DNA of 64,000 nucleotides, from contig JBBJJH010000001.1 of the NCBI GenBank assembly GCA_037623315.1, positions 77,019 through 141,018 on the forward strand, given 5' to 3'. Source of the DNA: Halanaerobiaceae bacterium ANBcel28. Its GTDB lineage: Bacteria > Bacillota > Halanaerobiia > Halanaerobiales > DTU029. This document shows, one piece after another, positions 38,383-47,776 of the stretch. A program made the translations under genes and the position numbers. A model generated the notes under the pieces. The model did no database searches and was not told the DNA's origin. It saw only the letters and a list, made by a program, of their open reading frames with translations. The first letter of the stretch is position 1. Every line of letters begins with the position of its first letter.

Positions 38383-38838
38383 ATGGAAACTTTTTGGATA
38401 TACCCTATTTATACATCTGTTCTTGGCATAATCTTAATAATTCTTGTTCCGCGAGTAGAAATTAAAAAGCTGGCCATACCTGCTATTCTTTTAGGTGGAG
38501 TTGGAGATATTATTCTCCTATTATTATTAAAAATCATTGGTATTGATTTTTATGTTAACTATTTACCCTTTGGATTTAGATTACCTTTATTCCCACCTAT
38601 AGCATGGTCAATATGGTTTATCATGTTTTTTTACCTCTTACCAGAAGATAAAATAATTAAATACATTTACATAGTTACTGCTGGGGCTTATAGTACCTTA
38701 TTTGCTAATTTTTTGGGAAATGTACATATTATCCAATGGGAGTATGAGCGACTTTTTATCCCCTTGATTATATACAGTAGCTGGTTTTTAATAGCATGCT
38801 GGCTAAAAGAAAAAATAGATGACCAAATGAATGTTTAA
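38383..38838 (+). CDS. membrane protein, unknown function
   Basis: ORF plus hydrophobic segments. Confidence 0.45.
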   Translation: METFWIYPIYTSVLGIILIILVPRVEIKKLAIPAILLGGVGDIILLLLLKIIGIDFYVNYLPFGFRLPLFPPIAWSIWFIMFFYLLPEDKIIKYIYIVTAGAYSTLFANFLGNVHIIQWEYERLFIPLIIYSSWFLIACWLKEKIDDQMNV

Positions 38839-38933
38839 ATTCATAGTCAGCAAATCCGAGGCAATAGATTGCCAAGTGGGATGTTTATAATTCTTGTCTT
38901 TCTCCACTTAAATCAAAGATTTAAGTGGAGTTT

Positions 38934-40892
38934 TTAATGCTTTTTTGTTAAATGACTTACCTCAGTAATACTAGTAAGCACTAATTGTCTTTTATTATTA
39001 AATTCAGATACTTTCAACTTGCGTAATTCATACCATCTATTTTCTTCGAGCAGTGGAGCATTAGCATTTTCCCAGGATAGAAACTTGACAACTTTCCCTG
39101 CCTTGGTTTTTAATAATCCTACTTGTTTTATCTTTGAACTATGTTCTTTCCAAAGAGTTTCAACTTTAGCTTTTATATCTATATATTCAGCAGTCTCTGT
39201 TGAATTACTGACTATTTTCTTTACTTTTATATAAGGTCGTATTTCTTTTATAAACGGTGATATATTATTTTCTTGACTTAGAATATGAAGATTTTTAGCT
39301 GTACGTGTCATAGCTACATAGAAGAGTCTTCTTTCTTCCTCAAGATGGTCCACTTTATTTATTTTGACTGTATCTAATAATTCGTTTTCCCTCGCTGCTT
39401 CTGGAAAGCTATGAGGACCTTTAGCAACTGCATGAACTAAGATTACATTATCTGCCTCACATCCCTTAGATTGATGAATAGAAAATACTGAAACAGCGTT
39501 TTTAGGTTTTCTTGATTGGTCTTTAGGATTATAATAATCATTAGATTTTCCTTGATAGGGTATTTTTTCTTTTCTTAAATAATTTTTTACTTTATCAAGA
39601 TAAGGAACAGCTTCATCATACCGACATAGAATCATAATATCCGATGGCTTAGAACCTTGTTTTAATAAATTTTTTAGCAAAATTAAAGTATATCTAGCAA
39701 GAAAATCTTTGTAGTTCAATTTCTTTTCTAAGATATGTAAAACGGGCCTTGAATCATTTTTATTATTAGCCCTTACTTTTTTCTTAATTTGATTTTTATT
39801 ATTTGAAATTAATGAATTTCCTGCATCCAGTATTGTAGCTGGACACCTATAGTTATCAGTTAAATATGTTTTTGCTGCCTGTCCAAAATAATTTTCAAAC
39901 TTGATAAAATATTTTGGTTCTGAACCCTGAAAAGAATAAATACTTTGCCAATCATCACCTACACAGAATAAGTTCATATTTGAACCTTTTGTAAAAAAAT
40001 TTTTAATAAACTTAATATGAGCTAGGGATACATCTTGAAACTCATCAACTAGCATATGATCGTATTCTTTATAATACTTTTCTGGCTTCTTTTTTAATAT
40101 ATCAATAGACTTATAAATCATATCATTGAAATCAAGCTTTTGATTTTTTAATAAATATAAGTGATATTTCTCATATAGTATTTTTGCGCTTAATCCAAAG
40201 TAATATTGACTTTCATTATTTTTATTTAAAAGTTTCTCTATTTCTTCTACCTTAATATTATTCTTTTTAGCAAGATCTATAAACATTATGAAATTATCCA
40301 GCAAAGTAAAATTATTAATTGTCATCTTAGTAATTAACTCTGTATCGTCTTCAAAAATTGAATTATTCAATTCTTCATTATGATAATATCTGAAAAACTT
40401 AAAGTAATAATTTTGAAAATCAGCATCGTTATTAATTAAATGATTAATTTCATTTCTTATAAATTTTTTCATTTCATATGCTGTTACAATTGATTGGGGT
40501 TCCTTATATTCTTTTCTAATTATCTTGTAAGCAAAAGAATGAATAGTCCTTACTTCAACCTTATTTATACTAAATTGTCTTTTTAAGCGTATCTCCATTT
40601 CCTTAGCTGCTTTTTTTGAATATGTAATAGCTAATATCCTTTTAGGATCTATTCCTTCTTCAATAAGATATTTTATTCTATATGCTAGAACAGTGGTTTT
40701 ACCTGTCCCAGCTGCTGCAATAACTTGATTATATTTTTTATTTTTAATGACAGCCTCACATTGCTTAGGATTTAATGGATATTTGCCAGTCTTATAAAAA
40801 AGATCATGATACTCTCTAATCTTTCTGTCAATATATTCTTGTTCTTCATCTATAAATAAATTAAAAAAGCTTTTGATTATTCTTAATAACAT
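38934..40892 (-). CDS. UvrD/Rep-family helicase domain protein
   Basis: Walker A AAAGTGKTTVLAYRIKYL; DEFQD motif (LVDEFQDVSLAH). Confidence 0.75.
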   Translation of the reverse strand: MLLRIIKSFFNLFIDEEQEYIDRKIREYHDLFYKTGKYPLNPKQCEAVIKNKKYNQVIAAAGTGKTTVLAYRIKYLIEEGIDPKRILAITYSKKAAKEMEIRLKRQFSINKVEVRTIHSFAYKIIRKEYKEPQSIVTAYEMKKFIRNEINHLINNDADFQNYYFKFFRYYHNEELNNSIFEDDTELITKMTINNFTLLDNFIMFIDLAKKNNIKVEEIEKLLNKNNESQYYFGLSAKILYEKYHLYLLKNQKLDFNDMIYKSIDILKKKPEKYYKEYDHMLVDEFQDVSLAHIKFIKNFFTKGSNMNLFCVGDDWQSIYSFQGSEPKYFIKFENYFGQAAKTYLTDNYRCPATILDAGNSLISNNKNQIKKKVRANNKNDSRPVLHILEKKLNYKDFLARYTLILLKNLLKQGSKPSDIMILCRYDEAVPYLDKVKNYLRKEKIPYQGKSNDYYNPKDQSRKPKNAVSVFSIHQSKGCEADNVILVHAVAKGPHSFPEAARENELLDTVKINKVDHLEEERRLFYVAMTRTAKNLHILSQENNISPFIKEIRPYIKVKKIVSNSTETAEYIDIKAKVETLWKEHSSKIKQVGLLKTKAGKVVKFLSWENANAPLLEENRWYELRKLKVSEFNNKRQLVLTSITEVSHLTKKH

Positions 40893-41146
40893 ATTTTACT
40901 CAACCCCTTTTAAAAAAGTACAAAATGAAAATATCAAAGCTATGCTTATAATACTTACAAACTACTCTAAGACTATTTTTTATATTCTTCATAGCTTTTG
41001 ATAAACCTTCATATATTAGTTTTTTAATCATATCAAGCATTGCTGGTGTATAATTTACCATAAAATAATCAGAGAAAACTATTGCAGATAATTCAGATAG
41101 GAATTATAATTATTTTATACATATAAAATACATAGGAGTTGACTAA

Positions 41147-41896
41147 ATGAATAAATTAAGCATTAAAATAGGATTAATACTAGCAATCTTAACAATAAGT
41201 ACTTTTTCTTTACAGACAGTTCAGGCCCAAAACTCAATAGAATTCTACCTAAACTTATTCAATATTACTCAGAATCAATATGATTATATTGCTGAATTAA
41301 ATCTATCCAATAAAGACCTTAGTTTTGTTTTATATCTATATTCAAATTCTGATAGATCTATAAACGAAGATGATCTGGAGTTTATAAAAAATCATAGAAA
41401 TAACTTAAGCCAGCTTTCTCTTTATTTTGGAATGCCACCTATTATTTTTGAAGATGGATTAATAGAACTACATAATCAAAATCCAGGTCGTAGAAGGCTT
41501 CTCCCTACAAGTAATAGAAGAAATTTCGAAGAAAAACATACAGGAAGATATGAAGAAGAAATAATAAGGAGACGAGGTAACACATACACATATACTTATA
41601 AAAATAGTCGATATAATATTACGGAGAAAATAGAAAGTAAAAACAACAAATATGAGTACTATTACTCAGATTCTAATGTTACAGAAAAGTTAAAGGTTAT
41701 ATTTGCTAATAATAAATACGAATACTACTTTAAAAATCACCGCAGTGGTGAAGTTATTAGAAAAGAAGGTCGTGGTCAGAGATTGGACCCTAAGACTTTC
41801 TATAAAGAATTAGAACAAAAACAAATAAAAGAAGAACAAGAAAAAGAAAGTGGATTTAACTTTAATTTTGGTTTCGATTTTAAGTTTAATTTTTAA
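41147..41896 (+). CDS. secreted hypothetical protein
   Basis: Signal peptide; terminator hairpin ATCCCTTCTG..CAGGAGGGATTTTTTTG follows at 41925-41960. Confidence 0.5.
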   Translation: MNKLSIKIGLILAILTISTFSLQTVQAQNSIEFYLNLFNITQNQYDYIAELNLSNKDLSFVLYLYSNSDRSINEDDLEFIKNHRNNLSQLSLYFGMPPIIFEDGLIELHNQNPGRRRLLPTSNRRNFEEKHTGRYEEEIIRRRGNTYTYTYKNSRYNITEKIESKNNKYEYYYSDSNVTEKLKVIFANNKYEYYFKNHRSGEVIRKEGRGQRLDPKTFYKELEQKQIKEEQEKESGFNFNFGFDFKFNF

Positions 41897-42045
41897 AATT
41901 TTAATTAAGAATAAAAAATATCCCTTCTGCTAAACACGTCAGGAGGGATTTTTTTGATATTATTTTGTCCTATTTTGCAAAATATTAACTATTTTTAGAT
42001 AAGAGAATATAATATAGTAGAATTACTTCGAAAGGAGAGTTTAAT

Positions 42046-42567
42046 ATGCTTTCTCAATGCCCTCCTAATACCTTTGCTTATACTATTAGAGCAGGTGATA
42101 CTTTTTACAGTATAGCCAGACGTTACAATACTACTGTATCTGCTCTAATATCTGCAAACCCTAATGTGGACTATGATAGATTGCAAGTCGGAAGAAGAAT
42201 ATGTGTCCCAAGACAAAGGCATTATTCACCATGTCCTGAAGGAAATTATTATACAATTAGAGCTGGTGATACCTTCTTCTCCATTGCAAGGCGATTTAAT
42301 ATTTCTGTCGATGATCTCAGGCAAGCAAATCCTTATTTTGATCCGGATTTTTTAAGGGTTGGAGAAGTAATATGTATTCCGGTAGCTACACCACCACCAA
42401 GATGTCCAGCTGGTTCAAGAAGATATACAATTAGACGTGGAGACACTTATTATTCAATCGCACAAAGACTAAACACCAGTGTCCAGGAACTGAAGAGGCT
42501 TAACCCAGGTATAAATCCAGAATACCTCTTAATAGGTCAAGAAATTTGTGTACCTGCTAGAAGATAA
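42046..42567 (+). CDS. triple LysM domain protein
   Basis: Three repeats of YTI(R)AGDT(F/Y)(F/Y)SIA(R/Q)R(Y/F/L)N(T/I)(T/S)V..L...NP. Confidence 0.8.
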   Translation: MLSQCPPNTFAYTIRAGDTFYSIARRYNTTVSALISANPNVDYDRLQVGRRICVPRQRHYSPCPEGNYYTIRAGDTFFSIARRFNISVDDLRQANPYFDPDFLRVGEVICIPVATPPPRCPAGSRRYTIRRGDTYYSIAQRLNTSVQELKRLNPGINPEYLLIGQEICVPARR

Positions 42568-42610
42568 AACGTTAAACCCCCTTTTCGGGGGTTTAACTTA
42601 TGCTATTTAC

Positions 42611-43402
42611 TTAATTTCTCATGCGTATTATCTTAATTATACCTGCTGCTATTGCAATCATAGCTATTATCAAAACTATCACAACAGATATTTCAACAGG
42701 CTCTGTAGTCAACCTCCTATACACAATTCCAAAAAAAGCCCATAATCCAACAAGTCCATATATCCAATCCTTATTTTTTAGCATAAACCTAAGAATAATA
42801 TATGTAGCAATAATTGTAAGAATAATCATCCAGAAAGAATCAGGAAGCCCGAAGCCCTGCCAGCCTATAGATACTAGATATACTGTCACATTGGCTACAG
42901 TTGCTATAGTTATCCATCCCACATAGATGCTAAAAGCTATTCTTGATATTATGAGCCCTGGTTCTTCTCGAGAAGCTGCATGTATTCTATAATAAAGAGT
43001 AATTAAATTAATAAGTAATAAAATCATAATTAGCAGAGAAAGGCCAATCATTAGATAATGCCAGGCAAAAATCCAGACAATATTTAGCAAAGAAGAACTT
43101 AGAAACAGATAAGATACGCGCCTGACGAAGTTTAGTTCTCTTCCTTTTATCAGATACACTAATTGGTAAGCTACAAAGACAGCCAGTAGAAAATAAATCA
43201 AACCCCATATAGCAAAGGTAAATCCAGCTGGTGTAAAAAGATTTGGATATAGTTCTGATACTTCTCCCGTAGTAATATCATTAATAGGCAAAGCATTTGC
43301 TAGATAATTAACCACTACCATAGCTATAAAGGCAAGAATATTTAAAATTACTAAAAGCTTATAATTCAAAGAAGATTTTTCATTCACCACCAACACCTCC
43401 AT
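42611..43402 (-). CDS. membrane protein with TspO/MBR-like N-terminal region
   Basis: LFTPAGFTFAIWGLIYFLL resembles the TspO motif; low certainty. Confidence 0.4.
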   Translation of the reverse strand: MEVLVVNEKSSLNYKLLVILNILAFIAMVVVNYLANALPINDITTGEVSELYPNLFTPAGFTFAIWGLIYFLLAVFVAYQLVYLIKGRELNFVRRVSYLFLSSSLLNIVWIFAWHYLMIGLSLLIMILLLINLITLYYRIHAASREEPGLIISRIAFSIYVGWITIATVANVTVYLVSIGWQGFGLPDSFWMIILTIIATYIILRFMLKNKDWIYGLVGLWAFFGIVYRRLTTEPVEISVVIVLIIAMIAIAAGIIKIIRMRN

Positions 43403-43490
43403 AATTATATATTACTATTAATATATTCATAAATTATATAAAAATTAGGATTTAAATGAAAAAATCTAAATTTTATAACTTGCTCTTCTA

Positions 43491-43934
43491 TTAATTTCTT
43501 TTTGGAGATAATGCTTTTAATATCAAACCTGCCCCAGCTGCTGTCATACCATACATTAAAACACCTTGATATAAGGAAACCGGTCTAAAAATTATCCTTA
43601 AGCCCATTAAAATACCTAATAAAATTGTTACGATTCCAAATATAAGTAAAACCCATCCCAATATAGATTTACTATTATAAAATAAAACTCCAATTCCAAA
43701 AAGCAAAGGCAGTAAGACTAAGCCAAAAGGAGGAGTAAATCCTAATATATCCATAAGGGAAAAATTAGTCACTAAAGTTGTATTCTGCATAATTAAAAAA
43801 ATTCCAATCCCAGATAGAGCCAAACCGATAATAAGATTAGTAAAAGCATTGTCACTTGAATTTGTATAATGCTCATTTAATTCGTTTTTACTCATAAAAG
43901 CATAACCCCCTATAATATCATTTAAATAGGTCAA
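43491..43934 (-). CDS. membrane protein, unknown function
   Basis: ORF with four predicted TM helices. Confidence 0.45.
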   Translation of the reverse strand: MTYLNDIIGGYAFMSKNELNEHYTNSSDNAFTNLIIGLALSGIGIFLIMQNTTLVTNFSLMDILGFTPPFGLVLLPLLFGIGVLFYNSKSILGWVLLIFGIVTILLGILMGLRIIFRPVSLYQGVLMYGMTAAGAGLILKALSPKRN

Positions 43935-44010
43935 TCTAATTTATTAATTCCCTATAGTTTTCAAATTTCCTTCTTTAAAAAAAGAAAAATTTGTAATATG
44001 AATTTTTCAC

Positions 44011-44220
44011 TTAATTGTTCTCTTCTTTATTTGTGCTTATGCCAAGCTTCTTATATATTGGACAGTATCTTGCCATTCCAGTAAAGAAAGGAATTGCCCC
44101 AGCTATTATAAGTAAGAACCTATTATCTCCTTCTACAACAAATATGAACGAAAAAAATATTAAACCCAGTATAATTCTAATTGTACGATCTATCTTTCCT
44201 ACATTTTGCATCTTAATCAC
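44011..44220 (-). CDS. DUF2892 (YgaP-like TM domain) protein
   Basis: DRTIRIILGLIFF...GAIPFFTGMARYCPIYKKLGIST. Confidence 0.6.
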   Translation of the reverse strand: MIKMQNVGKIDRTIRIILGLIFFSFIFVVEGDNRFLLIIAGAIPFFTGMARYCPIYKKLGISTNKEENN

Positions 44221-44430
44221 CTTCTTTTATTGTAAGGAAAAACCTATTTATTGAATAAACAATTCTATAATATATTATTCTACAGAGGCTTATTTAATCC
44301 TCTTTCAGATTTCCTTAATCCTAGTCAAATGAGTGTTATTAGTTATACTTACTTTTTTTATAATGAAATTTTGACAATATAAGAAAAAATGCTTATATCG
44401 ATTTGATATAAGCATTTTTTCCTTTTCCAT

Positions 44431-45021
44431 CTATTGAGGATTATACATCCCATTATTTTGCATGTAATTGAAAATACCTTCTCCATGTTGTTGTTCTTCT
44501 TTTTGTATATGATTTAAAGCGCTACGAATATTGGAATCAGTACATTCAAAAATAGCAGTATCATAAGTTCCAGATACGTATTTTTCTGTCATTAGTAGAT
44601 CAGTACATAATTTAGCATCTTTTTGATTAGTCATTCCAGCTTGATTACCTTGATTTTGAGACTGATTTTGTGATTGCTGCATATTTTGCTTAGAAGCTTG
44701 ATTTGAATTTTGATTTTGCATAGATTGTTGCATATTCTGATTTGATCCTTGTTGATTTCCTTGTGAGTTGCCACCTGTTTGAGGTACAGAACCACTAAGA
44801 ATTTGATTGATAGTATTTAGGTGTTGTCTTTCTTGATCTGCATAGCTATTAAACAAGTTTTTTAATTCAGGGTCTTGAGCTTGTTGAGCATAATTTGTGT
44901 ACTTTTCAATACATATTTCTTCATGACTTTTTTGATCTTTTAAAAGCGTTTTTTCTTTTTGTGTTAGATTCACATTGATCACCTCATATATATTTTGTGT
45001 TTTTTCATTTTTAATATACAT
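44431..45021 (-). CDS. spore coat protein F (CotF)-like with Q/N-rich linker
   Basis: Coat_F-like halves (LTQKEKTLLKD..., LLMTEKYVSGTYDTAIFECTD...) separated by low-complexity QN-rich segment. Confidence 0.6.
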   Translation of the reverse strand: MYIKNEKTQNIYEVINVNLTQKEKTLLKDQKSHEEICIEKYTNYAQQAQDPELKNLFNSYADQERQHLNTINQILSGSVPQTGGNSQGNQQGSNQNMQQSMQNQNSNQASKQNMQQSQNQSQNQGNQAGMTNQKDAKLCTDLLMTEKYVSGTYDTAIFECTDSNIRSALNHIQKEEQQHGEGIFNYMQNNGMYNPQ

Positions 45022-45050
45022 GATTTAGGAAAAATATGAGTTATCATGCT

Positions 45051-45884
45051 TCAAAATATCTTTTGCAAATACTGATAATCTATCATCTGATTTTTTACTT
45101 CTTCAAAAGAACCTTCTTCTCTCACCCTATCGAGAATACTTTTCATATTCTTCATAACTCCCGAAATTAAAAGTGTTGGCAAACTTACTCTAGCTATACC
45201 TAATTCAATACAGTCATTAATAGAAAATTCATCTATATTATAAGGTAGACCTGCCGCTATACTAATAGGCCCATCAATTTCTCTTGCCAGTATCTCTATC
45301 TCACTTTTTGTTTTAACATATGCAATAAAGCATATATCTGCACCTAAATCTAAATATGTATTTGCCCTTTCAATAGCTAATCCTAGTGCTTTTTCTCTAT
45401 TATCAAGACTTCTTAAAGCATCTGTTCGGGCATTCAAAACAAAGTTTTCAATACCCATCTCTTTTTTGATTTTTATGACTTCGTCTACTTTATCAGTCAT
45501 TTTGTCCATTGATACAATCTTTTCAGAACAATATGGATCCCATAGAATTTGATCTTCTATATTAATACCTGCTATACCTGTTTCAATAAATTTTATTATG
45601 TTTTGTCTAAAAATATTTTTATTGCCATAACCATCTTCACCATCAGCTATCACAGGAACATCCACAGCTGCTACTATTTCTTTTGTTCGTTTAAGATTAT
45701 CTTCAAGAGTCAATAATGTTTCATCCTTCAACATTTTTGAAATAGACATGCTATATCCCGAACATTGCACAGCTTTAAATCCACAAAGCTCTATCATCTT
45801 GGCTGACAATCCATCATAAGCATCAGGAACTACAAGGGTTTCACTATCATTAATCAAGGTTTTAAGTAAGTTATATTTATTCAC
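45051..45884 (-). CDS. PEP mutase / isocitrate lyase family protein (methylisocitrate lyase / carboxyvinyl-carboxyphosphonate phosphorylmutase-like)
   Basis: VVPDAYDGLSAKMIELCGFKAV...SGY...VPVIADGEDGYGN family signature; GTG start. Confidence 0.75.
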   Translation of the reverse strand: MNKYNLLKTLINDSETLVVPDAYDGLSAKMIELCGFKAVQCSGYSMSISKMLKDETLLTLEDNLKRTKEIVAAVDVPVIADGEDGYGNKNIFRQNIIKFIETGIAGINIEDQILWDPYCSEKIVSMDKMTDKVDEVIKIKKEMGIENFVLNARTDALRSLDNREKALGLAIERANTYLDLGADICFIAYVKTKSEIEILAREIDGPISIAAGLPYNIDEFSINDCIELGIARVSLPTLLISGVMKNMKSILDRVREEGSFEEVKNQMIDYQYLQKIF

Positions 45885-46096
45885 TTAATCACTCCCCCAC
45901 TATATGTACTCAAATAATCATTAAAAAACTTTCATACTTGTTTGCAAAATAAGTTTTATCCGAGAGCTAACTGCCACTAAAACTCCCACTTCTATAAGTG
46001 GGAAATAAGTGGCACTAACCTCCTGGATTCGTTTTACTAAGTTTCAGTGGGAGATAAAAAACTCCCTCTGAAACTAAGAACTCACTTTATTAAGCT

Positions 46097-46537
46097 TCAA
46101 CAGCAATCAATTTGGTCAACTGCTTTTAGCAATAGTTCCAGGCTTTCCAGAACCTGATCTTTTTTGTTCTCAGGTAAAGAATTAAATATTATCTCAAAAT
46201 ATCGGTCCATGTCACTTTCTATCGTAGTGAATAATTTTTCACCGTCTTTTGATAGAGAAATTTTTATGTATCTTCGATCTTCAGGGTCAGTCCTCCGTTC
46301 TACATATCCATTTTCCACAAGACTATTTACTGTTCTACTTACTGTGCTCTTTTCTAAGTTTAGTAGTTCTGCTAATTGTTTTAATGAAATAGATTTAGCT
46401 CTACCTATCTCTACTAGTGCCTGACATTGTGCAAGCGTGATTCCACAACAACTCATTTCTTCATCTAATAGTCCAAGCTTTCTTTCAAATGATCTAATTA
46501 GCTCTCTTAGTTCAGTATGATTTTTTTTATTATTCAT
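46097..46537 (-). CDS. MarR family transcriptional regulator
   Basis: wHTH SLKQLAELLNLEKSTVSRTVNSLVENGYVERRTDPEDRR; start set to MNNKKNH. Confidence 0.8.
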   Translation of the reverse strand: MNNKKNHTELRELIRSFERKLGLLDEEMSCCGITLAQCQALVEIGRAKSISLKQLAELLNLEKSTVSRTVNSLVENGYVERRTDPEDRRYIKISLSKDGEKLFTTIESDMDRYFEIIFNSLPENKKDQVLESLELLLKAVDQIDCC

Positions 46538-46584
46538 AATTGAATTCCTCCTAATTTCCATACTAATATAGTTCTGAATAAATT

Positions 46585-46625
46585 GTAACACACAATAGTT
46601 GTATGTGTCAACTATTGTGTGTTAC
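46585..46625. promoter_or_regulatory. perfect 17-bp inverted repeat in the marR / ABC-transporter divergent promoter region (candidate MarR operator)
   Basis: GTAACACACAATAGTTG-tatgtgt-CAACTATTGTGTGTTAC. Confidence 0.6.
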
Positions 46626-46885
46626 TTGTTAATCATATCATCTTTACTTCCAGAGATACTATATAATCTTACTTAGGCCTCATGGATGACCTAAAGGACA
46701 GGCCCAGGCAGTTTACCCTGGGATAAATTTGCCATTTTTTTATTGTCCATCTCATTCACAAATGTTATAATAATACTGAAAGCATCGGTCAGAAGCTTAA
46801 AGTGATTAAATTATAGAAAAGTAAGTTATAGACTTTATCAAATTTATTAAAGATGAGTATTGAGATCAAAAAAAGGAGGGCGAAA

Positions 46886-47776
46886 ATGGCGGTAATTAAA
46901 GCCAGTAATTTAAAGAAAAATTTTGGAAAAGCAAAAGCTCTGGATGGTGTTGATTTAGAGGTAAACAAGGGTGAAATTTACGGATTTATCGGTCCTAATG
47001 GAGCTGGTAAGACTACAACTATTCGCATCTTACTGGGAATTATAAAAGCTGATGAAGGTTATGCAAGTATTTTTGGCAAAGATGCCTGGAATGACGCTGT
47101 GGAAATACACAAAAGAGTAGCCTATGTACCTGGTGATGTGAATCTCTGGTCAAACTTAACTGGTGGTGAGGTTATTGATCTATTTGTTAAACTTCGAGGC
47201 TCAAATAATAAGAATCGTCGGGAAGAACTTATAGAAAAATTTGATCTGGATCCTTCTAAAAAATGCCGTAGTTATTCCAAAGGTAACAGACAAAAGGTTG
47301 CCCTAGTTGCTGCTTTCGCAGCCGAAGCTGACCTCTATATCTTAGACGAGCCTACTTCTGGTCTAGATCCTTTAATGGAAAGGGTTTTCCAGCAATGTGT
47401 CATGGATATAAAAAGACAGGGTAAAAGTATATTGCTCTCCAGTCACATTCTTTCTGAGGTAGAAAAACTATGTGATAAAGTAAGCATCATACGTGAAGGG
47501 AAGATTATTGAAGCAGGTTCTTTGGATGAATTACGACATCTAACACGAACAAGTATGTCTATTAAAACCAGAGAAGAAATACCTTCTCTTGATGAAGTCA
47601 AAGGAATTCATGATATTCAAGAAAAAGATGATCTTCTGACTTTTCAAGTAGATACTGAAGAATTAAGTGATATTATTAAATATATAAGCAAATATGATCT
47701 TGTAAAACTAGAAAGTACAGGACCCAAACTAGAAGATTTATTCATGCGTCACTATGAAGGAGACGGAGGTGTGTGA
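46886..47776 (+). CDS. ABC transporter ATP-binding protein
   Basis: GPNGAGKTTTIRIL Walker A, LSGGE-like and ILDEPTSGLD; AGGAGGG SD before MAVIKASNL. Confidence 0.85.
   Translation: MAVIKASNLKKNFGKAKALDGVDLEVNKGEIYGFIGPNGAGKTTTIRILLGIIKADEGYASIFGKDAWNDAVEIHKRVAYVPGDVNLWSNLTGGEVIDLFVKLRGSNNKNRREELIEKFDLDPSKKCRSYSKGNRQKVALVAAFAAEADLYILDEPTSGLDPLMERVFQQCVMDIKRQGKSILLSSHILSEVEKLCDKVSIIREGKIIEAGSLDELRHLTRTSMSIKTREEIPSLDEVKGIHDIQEKDDLLTFQVDTEELSDIIKYISKYDLVKLESTGPKLEDLFMRHYEGDGGV

Noticed and set aside
38934-40892. UvrD-like helicase as a GajB partner for the OLD/GajA-like gene
   Set aside because: It lies 24 kb away on the other side of many unrelated genes, so it is not a Gabija pair.
40933-41003. 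12-bp inverted repeats ATCAAAGCTATG / CATAGCTTTTGAT separated by about 45 bp upstream of the helicase gene
   Set aside because: Imperfect and widely spaced, so it could be chance in AT-rich DNA. Not enough to call a site.
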